Source: Octopus vulgaris (Eukaryota). From it: a stretch of DNA of 64,000 nt. The stretch lies in contig OX597814.1 in assembly GCA_951406725.2 (NCBI GenBank), positions 129,146,001 through 129,210,000 on the forward strand. Reading direction: 5' to 3'. Both the position numbers and the translations under genes were made by a program. Below, piece after piece: positions 61,831-64,000 of the stretch. Numbering within the stretch: the stretch's first letter is position 1; the number at the start of each line of letters is the position of its first letter. The notes under the pieces were generated by a model. It was not told the DNA's origin and did not search any database. It saw nothing but the letters and a program-made list of their open reading frames with translations.

Positions 61831-62256
61831 AATTAATTCAAGAATACAATACAATATAGCTGTATAGTTTACAAGCTTCTGAATAAGCAACAGATAACAT
61901 TGTTGAGGGAGTTTAGCATTACAATTGGTATTATTAAGTGTTCATTTTTCTGTGCCAGTCATTGTTTAATGCTGCTCTGTTAGATTGGATTGGTTCTTTT
62001 TGTTTTAACTTTCTTAGTCCTTGTGGAAGGAAACATTGAAACATTGAATTGTGTAGCCCTAGATATACTATGTCTGAATAAAAGATACACTGATCATAGC
62101 TAGCTAGAACACTTGAACATGTCTGCTTGCTCAGGGCTGATATGGGGCTAAACAATAACATCAATATTCTGTGGTTTACTTTTTCAAAAATACTCACTAG
62201 TATGCTTGTACAATCTCACTGGTTCTGTTAATGCTATCATCATCATCATCATTATT

Positions 62257-62482
62257 GAGCTGGCAGAAACATTAGCGCGCCAGGCGAAATGCTTAACGGT
62301 ATTTCGTCTGTCGTTACGTTCTAAGTTCAAATTCCGCCAAGGTCAACTTTGCCTTTCATGCTTTCGGGGTCGATAAATAAAGGTACCAGTTTCGCACTGG
62401 CGTTGATGTCATCGACTTAATCCCTTTGTCTGTCCTTGTTTGACCCCTCTATATTTAGCCCCTTGTGGGCAGTAAAGAAATA
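62257..62482 (+). mobile_element. Family B SINE
   Basis: gagctggcagaaacattagc ... gtgggcagtaaagaaata. Confidence 0.88.
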
Positions 62483-62486
62483 TATT

Positions 62487-62677
62487 TTAACCCTTTCGTT
62501 ACCATCCCGGCTGAAACCGGCTCTGGCTCTGAGTACAAATGTCTTGTTTTTGTAAGTTTTGAATTAAAATCTTCCACCAAACCTTAGTCGCAAATTATGT
62601 TCCTAACACTAGCTAAATGATAACCAAGTTATTTTACTAAATTCTTTGTAAAATAAATACGGTAACGAAAGGGTTCA
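62487..62677. mobile_element. piggyBac-like MITE
   Basis: ttaa-ccctttcgttacc ... ggtaacgaaaggg-ttca. Confidence 0.8.
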
Positions 62678-63179
62678 TGTCCACTTTTCCATGCCAGCAT
62701 GGCATGCTGATGGCACCACATCACCATGCCAGCACCATATAAAAAGCACCGATGCCAGTACTATGTGATAAGCACCCAGCAGACTCTCTAAGATGGTTGG
62801 CATAAGGAAGGACATTCAGACGAAGAAACCAAGCTGAATCAAACTGGAACCTGATGCAGCTTGCCAGATTTTATCAAACCATCCAAAGGATGCCAGCATG
62901 GAAAAAAGAAAACATGTTAAATGGTGATGATGCTGAGGACTTTTCTATGCCTGCCTGAGTCAGAATAATTCATTGAGGATGCAGATCTTTCTTTGGCTGG
63001 ATGCCAGTCCTCACTGGTTTCCAATTGGTCATATTTCCCCATGGCCAAGCATGTTTTCATGGAAAATTGGAAAAGGACACACATTGTATGATAGTGATGC
63101 TCATTGACAACTGTTGCATGATGTCAAGACAATGAGACAAGCTTACACATGCATGCATATACACACACACACACACAGT

Positions 63180-63558
63180 GGAGACACAATGGCCCAATGG
63201 TTAGGGCAGCAGACTTGTGGTCATAGGATCGCGGTTTTGATTCCCAAACTAGGCGTTGTGAGTGTTTATTGAGCGAAAACACTTCAAGTTCCACGAGACT
63301 CTGGCAAGGGATGATGGTGAACCCTACTGTACTCTTTCACCACAACTTTCTCTCACTCTTTCTTCCTGTTTCTGTTGTACCTGTATGTCAAAGGGCCAGC
63401 CTTGTCACACTCTGTGTCATGCTGAATCTCCCTGAGTACTACGTTAAGGGTACACGTGTCTGTGGAGTGCTCAGCCACTTGCATGTTAATTTCACGAGCG
63501 GGCTGTTCTGTTGATCGGATCAACTGGAACCCTTGTCGTCGTAACTGACAGAGTGCCA
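63180..63558 (+). mobile_element. Family F SINE
   Basis: Colinear with 49090-49466. Flanked by (CA)n. Confidence 0.85.
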
Positions 63559-63695
63559 TTAGTTTAATACACACACGTACACACACACACAGGGTGGCAC
63601 ATGAAAAAGTAGCCTAGACTACATATCATAGTGAAAATACAGAAATAAATTTACACACATAATGACCCTTGCAATTTATTTCTATATTTACACTA

Positions 63696-63860
63696 GGCGT
63701 AGGAGTGGCTGTGTGGTAAGTAGCTTGCTTACGAACCACATGGTTCTGGTTTCAGTCCCATTGCGTGGCACCTTGGGCAAATGTCTTCTACTATAGCCTC
63801 AGGCCAACCAAAGCCTTGTGAGTCGGATTTGGTAGACAGAAACTGAAAGAAGCCTGTCAT
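63696..63860 (+). mobile_element. Family A SINE, 5' half
   Basis: ggcgtaggagtggctgtgtggtaag through gaaactgaaagaagcc to the internal TA run. Confidence 0.88.
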
Positions 63861-64000
63861 ATATATATATATATATATATCCACGTGACCGACCAGACCA
63901 TCAGATGTTGTTACACATCGCTGGTCACAATGCGTTCGCATTGTTTTAGCCTTCGAATGACGCCACCCAGCTGGCTAAGCGAGCAGGCCAATATATATAT

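Overview
AT-rich, repeat-dense eukaryotic DNA. The SINE repertoire, the (TA)n/(CA)n microsatellites and the TTAA MITEs fit an octopod cephalopod best; this is inferred from recalled repeat sequences, not from a search. None of the listed ORFs is a credible complete gene. Most of the window looks like introns near the 3' end of a large, unidentified + strand gene. Only small exons are visible: 20839-20869, 38104-38166 and a good terminal exon at 52798-52931 ending PSRV*. Several further phase-compatible candidate terminal exons would give different hydrophobic C-termini, and there is a candidate recursive-splice site at 6233/6234. The introns hold at least five SINE-type families, piggyBac-, Tc2- and hAT-like MITEs, a deleted mariner, Helitron/Helentron elements, a CR1 LINE fragment, a solo LTR and Penelope-like remnants with hammerhead ribozyme cores. 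The most unusual elements are: (1) a TSD-bounded U6 snRNA-SINE chimeric retrocopy with a perfect 20-bp 5' fold-back; (2) a tRNA-Arg(TCG) fused almost directly to a LINE-type 3' tail; (3) SINE dimers sharing the same junction at two loci; (4) repeated 5' fold-back inversions in unrelated retroelements.
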